Positions 1 to 14,000 of a DNA stretch of 64,000 bases are shown here, in pieces. This DNA comes from Marsupella aquatica (lineage: Eukaryota > Plantae > Marchantiophyta). The DNA is taken from contig OZ316895.1 in the NCBI GenBank assembly GCA_973895155.1, positions 1,176,435 to 1,240,434 on the forward strand, read 5' to 3'. Within the stretch, counting starts at the first letter, position 1. Every line of letters starts with the position of its first letter. Under the pieces are notes generated by a model. It saw only the letters and a program-made list of their open reading frames with translations, had not been told where the DNA came from and made no database searches. The translations under genes and the position numbers were made by a program.

Positions 1-2096
1 CCCGCTCTCTTTTTAAAAATGGATTTCTCTAAAGCCTTTGACCGGGTCGACCATCGATATATCAAAGAAACATTGGAAATCTCTGGGCTCAGTACTTCTC
101 TCATCCGGATAATTTTAGGTCTGATGAATCGGGCATCCGCAAAGATTCATGTTAATGGTCAATTCTCTGATCCGATAAATCTGATGAGAGGAGTCCGCCA
201 GGGCTGCCCTCTCGCTCCTCTTATATATGCATTGTCCACACAACCATTGATGGACTGCTTCGATGCAGCTCTTCAAACTGGGGAAATACATGGGATTAAA
301 ATCAATAACGACCTCACGCTATTCCACCGATTCTTTGCAGACGATCTCAGAGTACTAACTCCAGCTAAGGAGCGTTGCTTCCGAGAGATCTGTGACATGA
401 TGGTTCTATATGAACAAGCTGCAGGGGCGAAGCTCAATATCAAGACGACGGAGGTATATACTTTTATTATGTATGGATTCCCCTCCGGTTTGGCTCATCG
501 AATCCAAGTGCATCATAATTACCCCGGGACACATATCTAGCTACCTGGGTGCCCCGCTTGGACAGAATATTTCCAGGATTCAAATTCAGGACTTTTGTTT
601 AAAAAAACTAAATCGGAGACTAGCTAGCTGGTCTAATAAGAACTTCTCCTTCACCGGGCGGGTCCTCCTCATCAAACAGGTATTGCTATCCATGACTGTC
701 TATCACATGATGTATGCATATCACGAGAAGGGACTTGCCGAAAACATCCAAAAAACATGTAAAGACTTCCTTTGGGGGTTCAACAAAGATGGGGGCCGGA
801 AAACGCCTCTTGTATCCTGGGATTGGATGTGCCTCAGGAAGGAGCTGGGAGGCCTCGGCTTCAAGAACATCCAGGTTCAGGCGGCCGCATTGCTTGCTAG
901 ATGGGTTGTTCGTATGATCTCGGACCCATCCTCTGAGTGGGCTGTTTTGTTTGGGGCTAACCTTCGCTTGGCAACATGGAAGAACTCAGTCGCTCTTCGT
1001 AACTCTGGATACACCACGATGGACCGATTTCTCTTCTCATCCCCATCGAGCTTTCGGGGTATGAACTACACAGCCGGCATCTCGTCGGCTTGGGAGCGGA
1101 TCAGGAGCAACTTGCATTGGGCTTCCGCCTCTCAAGCAATTCCCGCTAGATGGAGTATCCATGATCTTCTCCGAAAGTCGTTTCACTCCCTGGGGATCCC
1201 AAGGTCTGCTCTACCCAAGATCCTTTTTGCGTGTCATTGGATTAACCTTCGGTTTGCTTCTGAATTGTGGAATTGGAGTTCTGGGTGTTGGGTGGATTTC
1301 TTACCAGGTATCTCGAGGCTGCGGGGCTACAGTCAAGCTGAAGGAGAGAGCATCCTGGTATTCATTCGACTACTTCAAACTGGCCCACCTCCTTCTCTTG
1401 CACACCAGTTTGTGGACTCTCTGGCAGGGTTTGATAAATCACCGTAGACCAAGATTGCTGAGTAGCGCCCAGGCTTACAGACTCCTTGATAGCTCTTCTG
1501 GGGAGGTCGGCACATTCAACTCTAGGTGGCTCTCTACTGACGATGCAGGCACCTGGAAACGAAGATGGAGAAGAATTTGGAGATCAGATTTATCCAATCG
1601 GGGGAAAATATTTTTATGGCGTGTTCTAGCAGCTGGCCTTTTCACCGGGAAGCGGGCTCTACAATGTGGTCATGGAGATGGTTCCTGTCCTTTCTGCCGC
1701 GGTATCTTGGAGGACAATCGACACCTTTTTTCCTGTTCCCAAGCAACTACTGCGTGGAACTAAACTATATGGTTCTTTGAGCGGCTGCCTGCTGTTTCTC
1801 ATGTACCGGGAGGATCCTCCCTCACTCGTATCCTGGATTTGGCTCTTGGCCGTTCTCCTCGGCTATCTGCTCGACTATTTGTGATCTACGAGACCGTGTG
1901 GCTCCTTTGGAAAAACCAAAATAGTCGGTTGTTCCAGGGACAAACCATTATCTTCTCTCCTTATGCAGCTGCATTATCCGCGGCTCTACATATTCGCTCG
2001 GTCGCCCATTGCTCGGATCGTGTTAAAATAAAGCAGCGGCTTTATTATGCAGAAAAATTCATCTCTCACCCTCTTGCCTATTGTTCCCCTCGTTGA
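1..2096 (+). mobile_element. Decayed L1-type LINE, 3' part of ORF2 (RT C-terminus and zf-RVT); frameshifts and stops; cut by the window start
   Basis: ORFs 19-540 (DFSKAFDRV, GVRQGCPLAP, FADD), 410-1447 (YLGAPL, SFTGRVLLIK, GGLGF), 1161-1763 (KIFLWR...CPFC...EDNRHLF) and 1839-2096 (W.LWK..N.R.F) tile one ORF2 in shifting frames. Confidence 0.93.
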
Positions 2097-2263
2097 CCCT
2101 TGTCCCTGGAGACATCCTCTCTCCCTCTAGTATACCTCTATGATATCTCTATTTGGACTCCCCTCCTGCCTCAGTAAGCTCTCCTCACTGATCCATAGAT
2201 AATCCATCCGTATGTTCCCCCTCATTATCATCTCTGTTTTGCTTTGCCAGGAGTCTGCTCCCT

Positions 2264-2470
2264 CTCCCCTTTGGGTCTCTCTCTTTCCGTGTTACTGGAT
2301 CCCGGGCTGTCCATTCAGTTCCAGTGGGTTGTACATCCAAAATAATCTATATTGGTCTACAATGCTACCTCTCCCCTTTGGGTCTCTCTCTTTCGGTGTT
2401 ACTGGATCCCGGGCTGTCCATTCAGTTCCAGTGGGTTGTACATCCAAAATAATCTATATTGGTCTACAAT
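2264..2470. repeat. ~105-bp tandem duplication downstream of the LINE
   Basis: ctcccctttgggtctctct...gggttgtacatccaaaataatctatattggtctacaat occurs twice. Confidence 0.85.
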
Positions 2471-3499
2471 CTTTCTTTCTCCCAGTATTCTATCGGGACC
2501 CCCCTGTACCGACTAGCATTCTCCAGTCCTGGGTCCCGGGATTCAGGTGTTTTCTTGGTTCGATCTAGGATCCCTTTTGCCCTCCCTTACCTATTCTGTT
2601 TGTTCGGCTAATGTCTTCGGCCTCCTCTTTCTACTGCCTTCGGTCCTCCTTCATCCGCAGCCTCCCCGGTGTCGGGGGAATTTTTAGTTCTTGGGAAGCA
2701 CTGAGCTCTTGTTTTTCCTATCTTGGAAGAAACCTTTCCAAAATACGCCTTTTCTCACCTCACATTACCCTTGCGATCCCCTTTGTCGATCAATTTCTCT
2801 CACCGTTATCCTCTAAAATATCTCTCACAACCTTTGTCCCACTCTACGATGAGCGACTTCCTCACACTAAGCCTCGAATCGGCCTATCGTCTTTCCACAT
2901 AACTTACTTCCCAAGTCAAGTCATAGATTGCAATTTCCAACGAATCCTACAATTAGATAAGTCAATTATAGAAAACAAAGACTATGATCTTAAGATTTAC
3001 CATAGATGATATAATCACAGGCTCTGGCATCCTAAGCATAACATTGTATCTTTCATCTCCATACTTTCTAACTAAACATCTCTACAATCAACCTTTTTAC
3101 GGCATACCACTCTAATGTCAATAGATGAAGGAAAATCAGACACATTATTAGGAAGCCTATTCAAATCTAACTCCGGTACATTTACGGATTGTCTATTAAA
3201 ATCCATCTAATATAAAATAAAAATAGTTACATTCCATTCATTTCCATAAACAACAATCGGGTATACAAATGGTGCATCGCTATTCATAACTGTTTCTATT
3301 AACTCAAACCCAAAATGATAAAGAAGATGCATTCTCATGGTATGCTTGCTAAGACAATGAATTCTAATTAAGAAAAGATTGACAAATGGCACAGCAGGTG
3401 GAGGATAAACTCTAGGTACTCAATTTATCATATTATTCATTACAAGCACACTAAATTGATCTCAAGACTAATAAACATAAAACATAAAATAGTTCTAAG

Positions 3500-6090
3500 G
3501 CTAACAATCAAATTAGTACCCAAGCATGGAGGTAAATAATAAACAAGACATGTGCACAAGAGGGGAAGAGTTCCTTACAGTGTTGCGAGTCCAACACGAT
3601 AGATCAAACAATGCGAATGAGGAGAGTGTGCTCCTCTTCACTTTATTTATAGTGCCACTTTGTGTTTTCCAAGAGAGCATGGATCGATGCCTTGACCCTT
3701 GGATGGAAGCCAAGTGGCAAGCATCAAGCACCTATAAGTGTGCTAGTACTATTCATAGTTGGTGGAACTACTGTGCGTAGTTGGTGGAATTATTACGCGT
3801 AATTGGAGGAACTACTATGCATAATTGGTGCAACTACTATGTGTAGTTGGTGAAACTACTATGCGTAATTGGTGCAACTACTATGCGTAGTTGGTGAAAC
3901 TACTATGCGTAGTTGGTGAAATTACTATGCATCTAGTTTGTAAAACTACTATGCGTAAATGGTGGAACTACTGTGTACCATTGTAGAATGTACACACTAC
4001 ATATAGAATGTAACATATATGCTCTAATAGTACTACTATGAAACTTTTAAGTAAAACCCTCTTCACATAAACTCAAATAACACAATATAGATTCTAGCCT
4101 TCTAAAAGGAATCCCCACGACATATCACCCCCACTAAACCTGTTGTAGTTTGCCATAGAGAACCAAAAATCACATTTTAAAGTCTCCAAACTCGGTATTC
4201 GTTCCCTTTAAGAACAAGATGGGGTTGGTTTGATGTAATAAACTAAAAACAAAGCTTTAAGCTCTTGTGTCACACATAGTAATCAATCTTGACTACTTTA
4301 ATCAGGTACTTTGAAGATCGCTCCACAGCGGTGAGTAGTTTTTGATGATAACTCAACATCAGATAACCTTCAATTAAGCAAAAGATTGCAATTAACAAAA
4401 CACAAGGAAAAATCTCTCAGAGTATGCTTAAGGGAGTCTGGAATAGACCAAGGTTACTCCTTAGACATAAGTAATAATGGAATGACTTTAAGGGAATCCA
4501 AATCCACACGGCTTTTCAGATCTAAACTGCATACTAGAGTATCCTTTTAAAATGCCGGCAACATGTCTTGACCTTTCTTCCTAAGTGATACTTAGTCAAG
4601 ATCTAAAAGGATAAATACTTCAGCATTTAGATGGTACTAAGCAACATGAAGGTGGAAACATCATTTCCAATGCAACTTAAACTCAATGAGTTAACTCTAA
4701 GAACTTGTGAGATTACAATGTGTCACCAAAGCGGAATCTGACATTATAATTCACGAGATTCATAACTGAGGTTTTACTTCAAGTATTTGGGTTCCAAAAT
4801 ACAAGAAGGAGGTAAGTCTCTCCAAATGTTAAACCTGATCTCGAACTCATAGATTCATGATCAACTAGTTTAACACAAGGGAGAGGCAAAACTGCAAAAC
4901 TTAACCATCTCTCTACACTAGGGGAAGAGGTATAAATAGTGATGAACTACAGAATAAGAGGTCACAGGGTCGAAGAGACATGCCTCTTCATACCCCTCAA
5001 AATTTTAAAATGGCGATTCAGTAAGTGAAAAGCCGGAAAAAATGGCTAAGTATGAACTCTTAAACTCTTAAAAACTTAAACTCTTAAAAACGTAAAAACT
5101 TAAACTCTTAAACTCTTAATTTCGGTATACTAAAAATTGAGTAGATTCAACTATTTTTAACTTTCTACTCCTGGTTCGGAAAACTCTGAAATTTTTCCAG
5201 CAGGGTTTCCTAGGTACAGACTACAGCCTAAAGAAGTATGACAGCTTCTAAAGCTCTAGAACACATTTCTAAAAATCAGATAAGATGCACTACTCTAAAA
5301 ACTAACTAAGAACACTTAGAGACTTCTTCAAGCTTGCTGTCGGATGTCCTCTGGTTCTAGTAACTCCACAAGGGTAACAATTCGGTTCTGGGTAACCTCT
5401 ATCAGCTTAGCTTGGCGTGGGGATCCTCTAGAGTAGGGTAGGCACCTCAGTTGTCTCTCAGGATACATCAAAGGCATTCTCTTCATCAAATAACAGGAAT
5501 CTATACGAAGAGCTTCTCTGTACATCCCGATCACATCATAGTTGTTGCAGGTGGCAGCATATACTTGGGGATAGTGATGCAGAAACTCATCACTATTCAT
5601 CATCCTGGAATAGAAGGGTCGAAGTCTCCATTTGACATCTCTGAAATACCGGTTGAAGCTGGGCAGAGTTTGAGAGGTAAGGTGGAAGAGAAGTCAGTAA
5701 TGAGCGCCTATGTCTTGCATTCCTTCCCTCTTCAAGGCCTGCTCCTCGTTTTGTTGCAAAGTCCCGTTGGAGTTAGCCGAGCCTGTCACAATCGCGGGGC
5801 TCGCCAGTTCGCAAGTCGCAACTCTTAAAGTCGTAAAGTCTTAAAGTAGGGTTTACTCGTAAACCCTTAAACTCTTAAACTATTAAACACTTCAACTCTT
5901 CAACTCTTAAACTCTTAAACTATTAAAGTAGGGTTTACTCGTAAACCCGTAAACTCTTAAAACACTTCAACTCTTCAACTCTTAAACTCTTAATCTTCGG
6001 CAGAGTTTAGTTTACTCGAGTTATCAGCAAATATAGTTTAACTACTTCAAAAATTTAAAAATTTTCCGGTTTTCTTCATGACTTTGGAAT
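3500..6090 (-). mobile_element. Probable 3' internal region and 3' LTR of an LTR retrotransposon; left boundary uncertain
   Basis: On the minus strand a PPT-like GTGGGGGTGA (~4124-4133) precedes TGTCGTGGGG starting at 4122; the putative LTR holds the 22-bp array; short aaactctt repeats at 5050-5120 and 5820-6000. Confidence 0.45.
3747..3975. repeat. 22-bp minisatellite, ~10-11 copies, probably inside an LTR
   Basis: Unit actactatgcgtagttggtg(g/a)a. Confidence 0.9.
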
Positions 6091-6100
6091 TACTGCCTAT

Positions 6101-6454
6101 CTACAGGTCCCATTGTTTCTCATCAACATCGTCTTCACGAGGGCTCAGCAGTTGGCCCATCCCTGACGCATAAAGCACTCCCTTCACCTGCTTCTCCCAT
6201 AGCAAGTAGTCAGAGCGCCCATCATACTTTGTCACTTCATACTTGGGTCCCCCAAGCTTGAAAGTCCTCATCTTCTTCTTTGGCACTACCGTGAGCTCCG
6301 GTAGTAGTACTGCTTCCTCCACCACACGCCGCACCGGTGATGGTATCGGTGTCACGTGCTCTTCCTCCTGCTCCTCTCTCTGCCCCTGAAACCTCCATGG
6401 TGATCCTCGTGCTTCAAGTTCCACGTCTTCGAAAAACTCCTCCGAATCACTCAT
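6101..6454 (-). pseudogene. Truncated Ty1/Copia gag N-terminus
   Basis: KYEVTKYDGRSDYLLWEKQVKGVL resembles the Tnt1-type gag start; it lies downstream of a PBS and 5' LTR in the same orientation. Confidence 0.75.
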
Positions 6455-7588
6455 ATGAGAAAATCACAAAAAATGTTGTTTTTCACAACTTCTCAAAAAA
6501 ATCGAAACTCAACACCGCCGCGTAGCCCACAAAGCTAGGAGTCCAATACTGAAAACCGAAATCAAAATCAAAATTTGACGGAAAAGTTATTCAAATTTTG
6601 GTCGAGGTGGGTAAAACCTTGGGAAACTCCCCCGTTTTGACCACCTCAGGGAATAACCGAAATACCAAGTACAACCCGTTGTTGGAATTACGATGTGATT
6701 GGTGCGCCGCGTTGCCAACTTCAATGGCTACGACCTCGCCAAAAAATAACCAAAAAAGTTACCGTTCGGCGGATGAAATCTTTGTCGGACGGTCAAAAAA
6801 TAGCTCTCTGGTTTTTTGGAATATTCTATGACCCTTGTACAGGCCCTGTGGGAATTTTGGAAGAACAATCGAGGGGCTGACACGTGTCCTCGAACCCCCA
6901 AAACCCCCTACCACCCTTCGTCGTCGAAATCTGGTCGCGCGCGCAGAAAATACACACGGCAGAATGTACCCCTCGACACCAAACGCAAGATATCTCACTC
7001 GGGTTTTGACGAAATCAAGATCTGATTTCAGATTTGGAAACTAGACTTCGAGGCGGTGAAAATCGATATAAGAAGCACCCAAAACAAGGAAAGAACAAGG
7101 AAGAAAAAAATTGGTAAAGATGACAGATTTCTCTCAATTGCCATAGCCAATTTCGAATCAGTTTTTCAAAGAGAAAAAATGGTACCTTGTCAACAACGAA
7201 TGTTGATCAATTGCACTTGGTGCCGTCACCAAGTCCAACAAGGTAATTGATTTTGCTTAGCCTTCCTCTTTGCATCAAAGAGCCAATCCCAGACTCAAAA
7301 CAATCATCTTGCCTCAATCTCTCCGTTGAGTCAAAACACTTGACGCTTCTCCCTCCGAGTCGATTGCCAACTTTCTTCACAAAATCCAGAACGACGAAAA
7401 CTTAGATCTCTCTGCACCACGAGCTCCGTTCAGCGATTTCTTCACACCGTTAGAAAGCTCTTGCCCCGATCCGTTGAGCCCATAAACTCCAAGTTCCATG
7501 CGACGGAACTCCGGGAAATCCACCGACACTCAACGCTGGAAAAACCGTAATGAAATCCCTTCACGAACACACGTCACCTCCCAAGCAT

Positions 7589-7600
7589 GCTCTGATACCA
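7589..7600 (-). promoter_or_regulatory. Primer-binding site, tRNA-iMet type
   Basis: Minus strand reads TGGTATCAGAGC 2 nt after the LTR end (...CAACA). Confidence 0.9.
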
Positions 7601-7602
7601 AT

Positions 7603-8023
7603 TGTTGAGCATAGACGACGATCGCAACGGCAAGCCCATGAACCATCCAACGCACAATAGTCGACACAAGAGATACGTGGTTCACCTCCTTGAGGCTACG
7701 TCCACGGGAACACACAAGAGAGCTTTACTGAACTCTAAGCCCGTCGGCTATACCGAGTTTCCACAGTGTAAGCTCTCCCTATCTCTCAAGTGGCTCCATA
7801 ACAATGAGCCTTGGTTCTACCTCTCCAAGCACACATGCCTCTTATGATATAGTGTGCAACTTAGTTGTACCTAACCACATAGTTGTACCTAATCACATAG
7901 TTGTACCTAACCACATAGTTGTACCTAATCACGTAGTTGTACCTAACCACGTAGTTGTACCAACCCACGTTGTTGTACCAACCACGTCATACCTAACCTA
8001 GACGTAAGAGTAAATACCCAACA
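7603..8023 (-). mobile_element. 5' LTR (421 bp) of a Ty1/Copia element, with an internal 18-bp tandem array
   Basis: TGTTG...CAACA termini, adjacent PBS, and about 7 copies of gttgtacctaaccacata at 7864-7990. Confidence 0.85.
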
Positions 8024-8524
8024 ATTTGCGATACTTAACTGCTCCCTACTTGCCATCATCCCCTCATCGCAAACGTCCGAAGATACCACCATCTCAAAGT
8101 TGCGAAACCAAAACATTCACAAAATGAGACCCTAGACAGGCACAGGATTTGTGAGCCTATTACTATCGCAAGTTAGCCATATATTCCATAAACATCGCTC
8201 ATTTGCGAGACAATAAGACTCGCAAAATATTTTGAGATGCTTAAATATTCGCAACCATTTAGTTTTCCGGCGCATCTCAATGAATTTGCGAAGCGGTAAA
8301 GATCGCTAACTTGTTCAATGGTAATTGCTTCGGAAATGTTTTGCGATACCTGAAGTGTCGTAAAATGTTGCGATGGTCTAAGTTTCGCAATTATGTGTTG
8401 CGATGTGTGTAGATTCGCTAAGTGCGATGCGTATCGTATCGCAAGTTTAGCGATGAGATTAATCTTGCAAAGCTTTCTTCCTCTTGTAAAACGCCTTCGC
8501 AAAATTGGCAAATATGTAGTAGTG
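8024..8524. mobile_element. Orphan CACTA terminus with subterminal repeats, inserted in the 3' end of Gypsy pol
   Basis: Ends in ATGTAGTAGTG at 8524 (reverse complement CACTACTACAT); dense ttgcga/tcgcaa motifs; Gypsy pol-like sequence (..RELDGAIHQVP) stops at this junction. Confidence 0.75.
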
Positions 8525-11009
8525 AGGAACTTGATGAATTGCTCCATCTAACTCTCGAACTGTGTATATTGCATTTGGGTGAATAGTAACAACCACAAAT
8601 GGCCCTCTCCATCTTCTCATAAACTTAGCTTTTGTCAAATGTTGTTGCTCCAACCTCCTTCTGCAATAAGAACCCAATCTCCTTCTTTGATTTGAATAGG
8701 TCTCAATCGATGAGTCTTATCAAATCTGACCTTATTCTTCTCTCGTGCTTGCTTCACTTTCTCCATTGCAATGTCAATCTTTTCTGGAGTTGTTTGGAAA
8801 TGTTCCATCCTCCTTGCAAGTAGCTCTTCATGTGATATCTGATCTTCCCAGTCAACTGTCCTCCAACTAAAAACATTCTCCTCTAATGGCATTAAAGGTA
8901 GATGCCCACTCACTAATTCTGCCGGTGCATATCCTGTCACCGAACTACAAGTCATTCTATCTGCTAATAGAGCTAAAGGTAGTAAGTCTGGCCATCTTGA
9001 TGCCTTTCCCTTGCATGATTTGACTAAGGCATTAACAATTGGTGGATGACCTCTCTCACTCTTGCCGTTTGCTTCTGGATTGTAAGATGTAGTTAGCTTT
9101 AAACGGATATGAAATTTCTTGAAGAATGCCTTTGCCTCTTTGCTATCTAACTCTCCACGGTCAGCTCTCATGCGCCTAAAACATCCATGTCTAGCAATGA
9201 TATCTTCTAACACAAACTTGCATACGGCTTCAGTCTTGTTAGAAGATAATGCCCTCCCTTCCACATACGAAGACAAGTCTTCTCTAGCTAACACTAAATA
9301 TTTTGCACCTCTAATCCCTGGTGGCATATGAACGATATCTATACCCCATTGAAAATGTAAAGATAGAGGATGTGTAGGGTTCAAGCCATCTCTATGTTGA
9401 ATCTTTGAGTAGTATTGGCAAATCTCACAAGATCCAACATATTCTCGAACATCCACATACATTCCAGCCCACCAGTAGAATCTTCTTAACTTTTCATATG
9501 TAGCCTGAACTCCACGATGCCCTGCTGCTTCAAGATCATGTGCCTCTTGTAATACTTGAACTTTCTCTCCCTCAATATCAAGCACTCTCAGAGGTACTTG
9601 ACTCCTTGCCTTTGGACGCCTCCATAAGTATCCATCTCGAACCAAGAACTTGTAAGCCTTCTTTCGAATCTTGCTGAATTCTTCATCACTCCATCTAGTG
9701 TCTCTCTCCAATGTACTCAAATAACGTCCTATAACTAGCAACTCTCCTGAATATAGATCTTCATAGAATAACAACTCCTTAATTTGTCCCTCAATCTCAC
9801 CATGTGAACACTCAATACTATGCTTGCCTGATTTATATCTAGCTCTTGACAACATATCAGCCACTGGATTATCTTTTCCAGTTATGTGCTTCAGTTCTGG
9901 ATTAAACATTCGGATAAAAGCTATCCACCTAAGCATAGCAATGTCGGGAGTATCACAGTTTATAATCATCCCAAGTAAGGGTAAGCAATCAGTTTCTAGA
10001 ATCATGTTAGCTCCTATCAAGTAATCTCTCTCTTGCCTAAGTGCTAGTTTTGCTCCCCAAAGCTCGCTCTTTATCTGTGGATACTTCTGTTGTCTTTCGT
10101 TAAAGATCTTTGCTCCAAAACAAGCAGCTGTTCTATGCCCATCATCATCATCTTGTCCCAATGCCCATCCTGCTCCATATGGACTCGCATCTATTGTAAG
10201 AACTATTGGATGTACACCATCATACTTCAATGGGCGAAGCACAGGTGGACTTAACGAAGCTTCTTTCAAGTGCTGCATTGCTTCTACATGTTCACTTTTC
10301 CATATAAATCTTACATTCTTCTTAAGCAAGCTATATAATGGATGTGAAACATGTGAAAAATGTGGTATCCATATTCTGTAGAAGATACAACCTCCTAGAA
10401 ACCTTCGTACCTCTGAAGTTGTTTGACAATCCTCCATTTGGCTGATTGCTTCCACCTTCTCCTTACTTGGCTTTCTTCCATAGGGCCCACACATCTGTCC
10501 AACCACTTTGACTTCTTTCAAGCCAAATGCTGATTTTTCTCCTGAGAGTGTAACTCCCACCTCAATCAACTTCTTTAGTATAGCCCCTACATCCTTCATG
10601 TGTTCCCAGACAATTTGACGTATCCCATCCTTTCGAAGTGTCTCATCCTTGAATGAGTTCTTCCAAACATCTTTTGATTGACATATCATCAAGGAATGGT
10701 CTAGTTTTCTGTGGAATGAAAGACTCCAAAATCTTGTAGCATTTTGCATATGTGCGACAAAATTAGTAGCACCTTGTGGCAAGGTGCACATACGCAAAAG
10801 TCCAAGTGGAGTTCTCATGGTGGTGATATCCCTACTATTTTGAGAAAGTTAGAATTGATCATACCCTGAGTACAAGTCTCCAATGGAATAGATGGCCCTC
10901 CCAGCAAAGTCTTCAGCATACTCGTCTACCACAGGTCCAACTCCAACCGGGACTCCAACATTCCGAATTGTGACTTTGTTTGGTGGCTGCATGTCTTGAA
11001 TGAAACGTA
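8525..11009 (-). pseudogene. Gypsy pol, 3' part: RT, RNase H, integrase
   Basis: ORF 8635-10818 has LPQGATN, TIDASPYGAGWAL, NPVADMLSR, the integrase zinc finger H-x5-H...CEIC, DRGEL, YNPEANGKSE; WRGPF follows after a frameshift; the RT DD region is frameshifted near 10690. Confidence 0.92.
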
Positions 11010-14000
11010 CACTAGAAGAAACCGAGCCATTCTGAGACCCAGCCTTACATGACTTGTGTGAGACCTTTGAAAATAAGTGACTCCAAGGTTTAGGGTGTCA
11101 TCTTTGTTACATCTTCTTGACTCACTTTTGGTGAAGTTCTGGGAAGTCATGTATTTAACTATTGGGAAAGTTGCTTCTGTAACTGAGTTAAGGCAAGTAT
11201 ATTGAAGTTATATAAGTGACCATGACTTACATGATTTCCTTGCCCAATACATATGATTTTGGATCCATCATATTAATCACATTATGTCATGCAATTATAT
11301 ATAGTTACCTCCCTTTGCTTTAACCATCACTGAGTTGCTCTTTATTGTTCCCCTGTAAGAAAGTATACATGACATTTTTACCCTAATTGAAGTTTAGGTA
11401 AGTAGGGCAAATTTGTGATTCTAGCTAGACAAGAACCAACCAAATTTAAGTTAACATTCATGTACACGGCCGCAACTGAGTTCAAAAAGGTGTGAAAATT
11501 TGTGCCATGCCCCCAAAAATAATGATGCACCCTAAACCCTAATACTCTACATACATAGTTACCTTAAAAAAGTCACCACAACCAATTAGTGGTACTTGTC
11601 ACATACTGCTCACACACATATTAAAACTCACTTCATCCACTAACTCATTTTAAAAATTTGCTCTGCATATATACCCCATAATTAGCCAATATCAAATGGA
11701 ACCCCCTTCATATGGGAATATTGAAGGGCCCAATTTAGGACCTCTTTTTCCTTAAGTGCACAATGCAATGCCGTTGCATCAATTTCTCTATCGGAAGCCC
11801 TCTTCCAATGAACCATGTTGCGCAATTGCAAGTTGATACAACTGGCAATAGCTTTTGCCCTAAACTTTTGACTGCCAAAAGCTTTTGTGGAGGGACTTGG
11901 AGAAAGAGAGAGTGCGCCCGCAAAGTGAGAGTCTTGTTGTTTCATGAGCGGGAAAGTTTTCACATCTTGTCAAAGCAGTCGTCTAGTGTACGCTTGCTTG
12001 GGTGAATCCTATCGCGCAACTTGCTATCAAGTTGCATCCCTTGCACACAGAGAGGTGAAGTGTTGTTGTTTGGCAAGCGGGAAGGTGCCACTCTCACATT
12101 ATGAATTCCATCCTAGGTTTACCCGAGTGAATCCTATTGACCTACGACCTTCAAAGAAGTGTAGTGACAACTTTTGGTGTGCTCGCTTGCTCACTGTGGC
12201 CTATTCACGAGGAGTGGTCTTGTGCGGATTGGTGAGGTGGAGGTGGAGCAGTACTGTGGACAAGGGGCTCTGAAGGTTTATAAGGTGCATGCGGTGGGGG
12301 TCATCCAGGACATCATCATCGAACAAAGGGACGACGACGATTGTGAGGATGAGTTTGCATTGTTCTCTACTGGGTTCCGAATTGAGTTTTGAGCTGTGGT
12401 GGCTTAACAATGGTTGCGGGTGGGACCTCCCAGGGGCAAGGGGGCGGCGCTGAACGTTCCTAGGAGGATGCAAAATAGACTTGTGCTACATTAGGATCCA
12501 CATCTGTGTCTCTGCCTTGCCTTATTGATGGGAATCTACAGTGCATTTGGATTGGGAAGGTGAGAGCTGTCTATAGAATGCGTCGAAGCTGATTTTTGTT
12601 CAGATTTGGTCTTATGGAGAAGTTGATTCTTCTCTGCATAATGCTGCCTTGCTGAGCTGCATTGGGCTATGATGTGGGAGGTATTCATCAAACGGCAAGC
12701 TTTTGGCTGCAGCTACCAAGTGTAAGTTTAGGGAGTTGAGAGCGGAAGCTGCCAATTTGGAGTTGCGAGTGTTCAAATTTAAGTGAGTTGGGGTAGTGAA
12801 CGTTGAGCGTCAACCTGCAGGGAGGTGCGACAAAAGTCTACTTCTGTGGCAGAGTGAGCTGAGCAAGTGCAAACTACGGGAGTGGAGCATCGTGGCTGCA
12901 ACATTGACCGGGACTTTTTTTGCGTTGGGCACTGTGAGTAAGGCAGTCTACGGAGGCGCGAAAGAGTCGCGAGGAGTCGAGTTCAGCTACGGCAGTATTC
13001 ACTTCAGTTGTCCCAATGTGGTTGGCGTGAGCTGCAGGTGAGCTTAGCTGTGTGCACATTTCATGTAAGTCAGGTGGTCGGTGTTTTAGGCATTGCGGAA
13101 CTTGATTGACCACCCCATGGCTAAGGTTTAAGGTGCGGACTACAACAAATATGTGTTGTTGCTGAAAGTGTTGGTGGTGAGCAACAACTGGTATTGTTTC
13201 AGCTAAAGGGAGCACATTGGAGCTTGTGTATCCATGACCTGCGACCGATTGCGGCTGCCTGCTGTTACAATTGCCGAATCAATCACGCACCCAATCTTGC
13301 GGGCAGACACAACTTTGCGGGAGTGTTGAAGGTTTAGGGTGAGCAACAGCGGAGAGCTCATTGCTTGGTGGCAGGGTTGAAGGTGGATGATCGGGCTGCA
13401 AGGCCAACCGGGGACTTGTTTTGCATTGAGCGATTGCTGCGGATTGCTACGCAGCTTCAGTTAGGGCGGCTTGGTGCTACATCGGCACAGGTAAGGCTGC
13501 AATCCCCTATCGACGCGGACTCACCTCGTGACTGCAAGTATAGTTGTCTAGATGATGTATGCATTGCGTGTTTAGGGTCTAGGTGACATCGCTGCTAAGC
13601 AAAATTTGTGAGCTGCCTAGGTCCATTGCCGAATGTTGCTTCCTTTAAATTACCTGGTGCCTGCTGTTACAATCGCCTGCTCAATCATGCACCCAATCGC
13701 CTGGAGCTCATTTGCCTGGAGCTTCATCCGTCAGATTCAAACTGTTATTGCTGCTCTGCCCTTTTGCCATGGGTTGCCGGCCTACCGGATGCTATCAACA
13801 GATTAAGAACAAGTCATATCCTAAGTCCCAGTGTTGCAGTGATGTCCCCGACCCTAAGATGCTTTCCGAACTCATCTTTCTTGTTTCCTGTTGCTGCTGA
13901 TGTATGTATGTTCTCCCCTATTTTTGCTTACAGATTGGTCTCTCCACACTTCTTGCTTGACATGATTGTTTTGCTCCTCCCTGTATCAGAACATGCCTTG

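Noticed and set aside
3747-3975. Regular short repeats (also 7864-7990, 33376-33530, 52056-52338) as CRISPR arrays
   Set aside because: Head-to-tail units with no unique spacers, no cas genes, and a eukaryotic TE context
3207-5603. Similarity between short ORFs 3207-3392 and 5328-5603 (MNSD...YP.V)
   Set aside because: Too short to distinguish from chance
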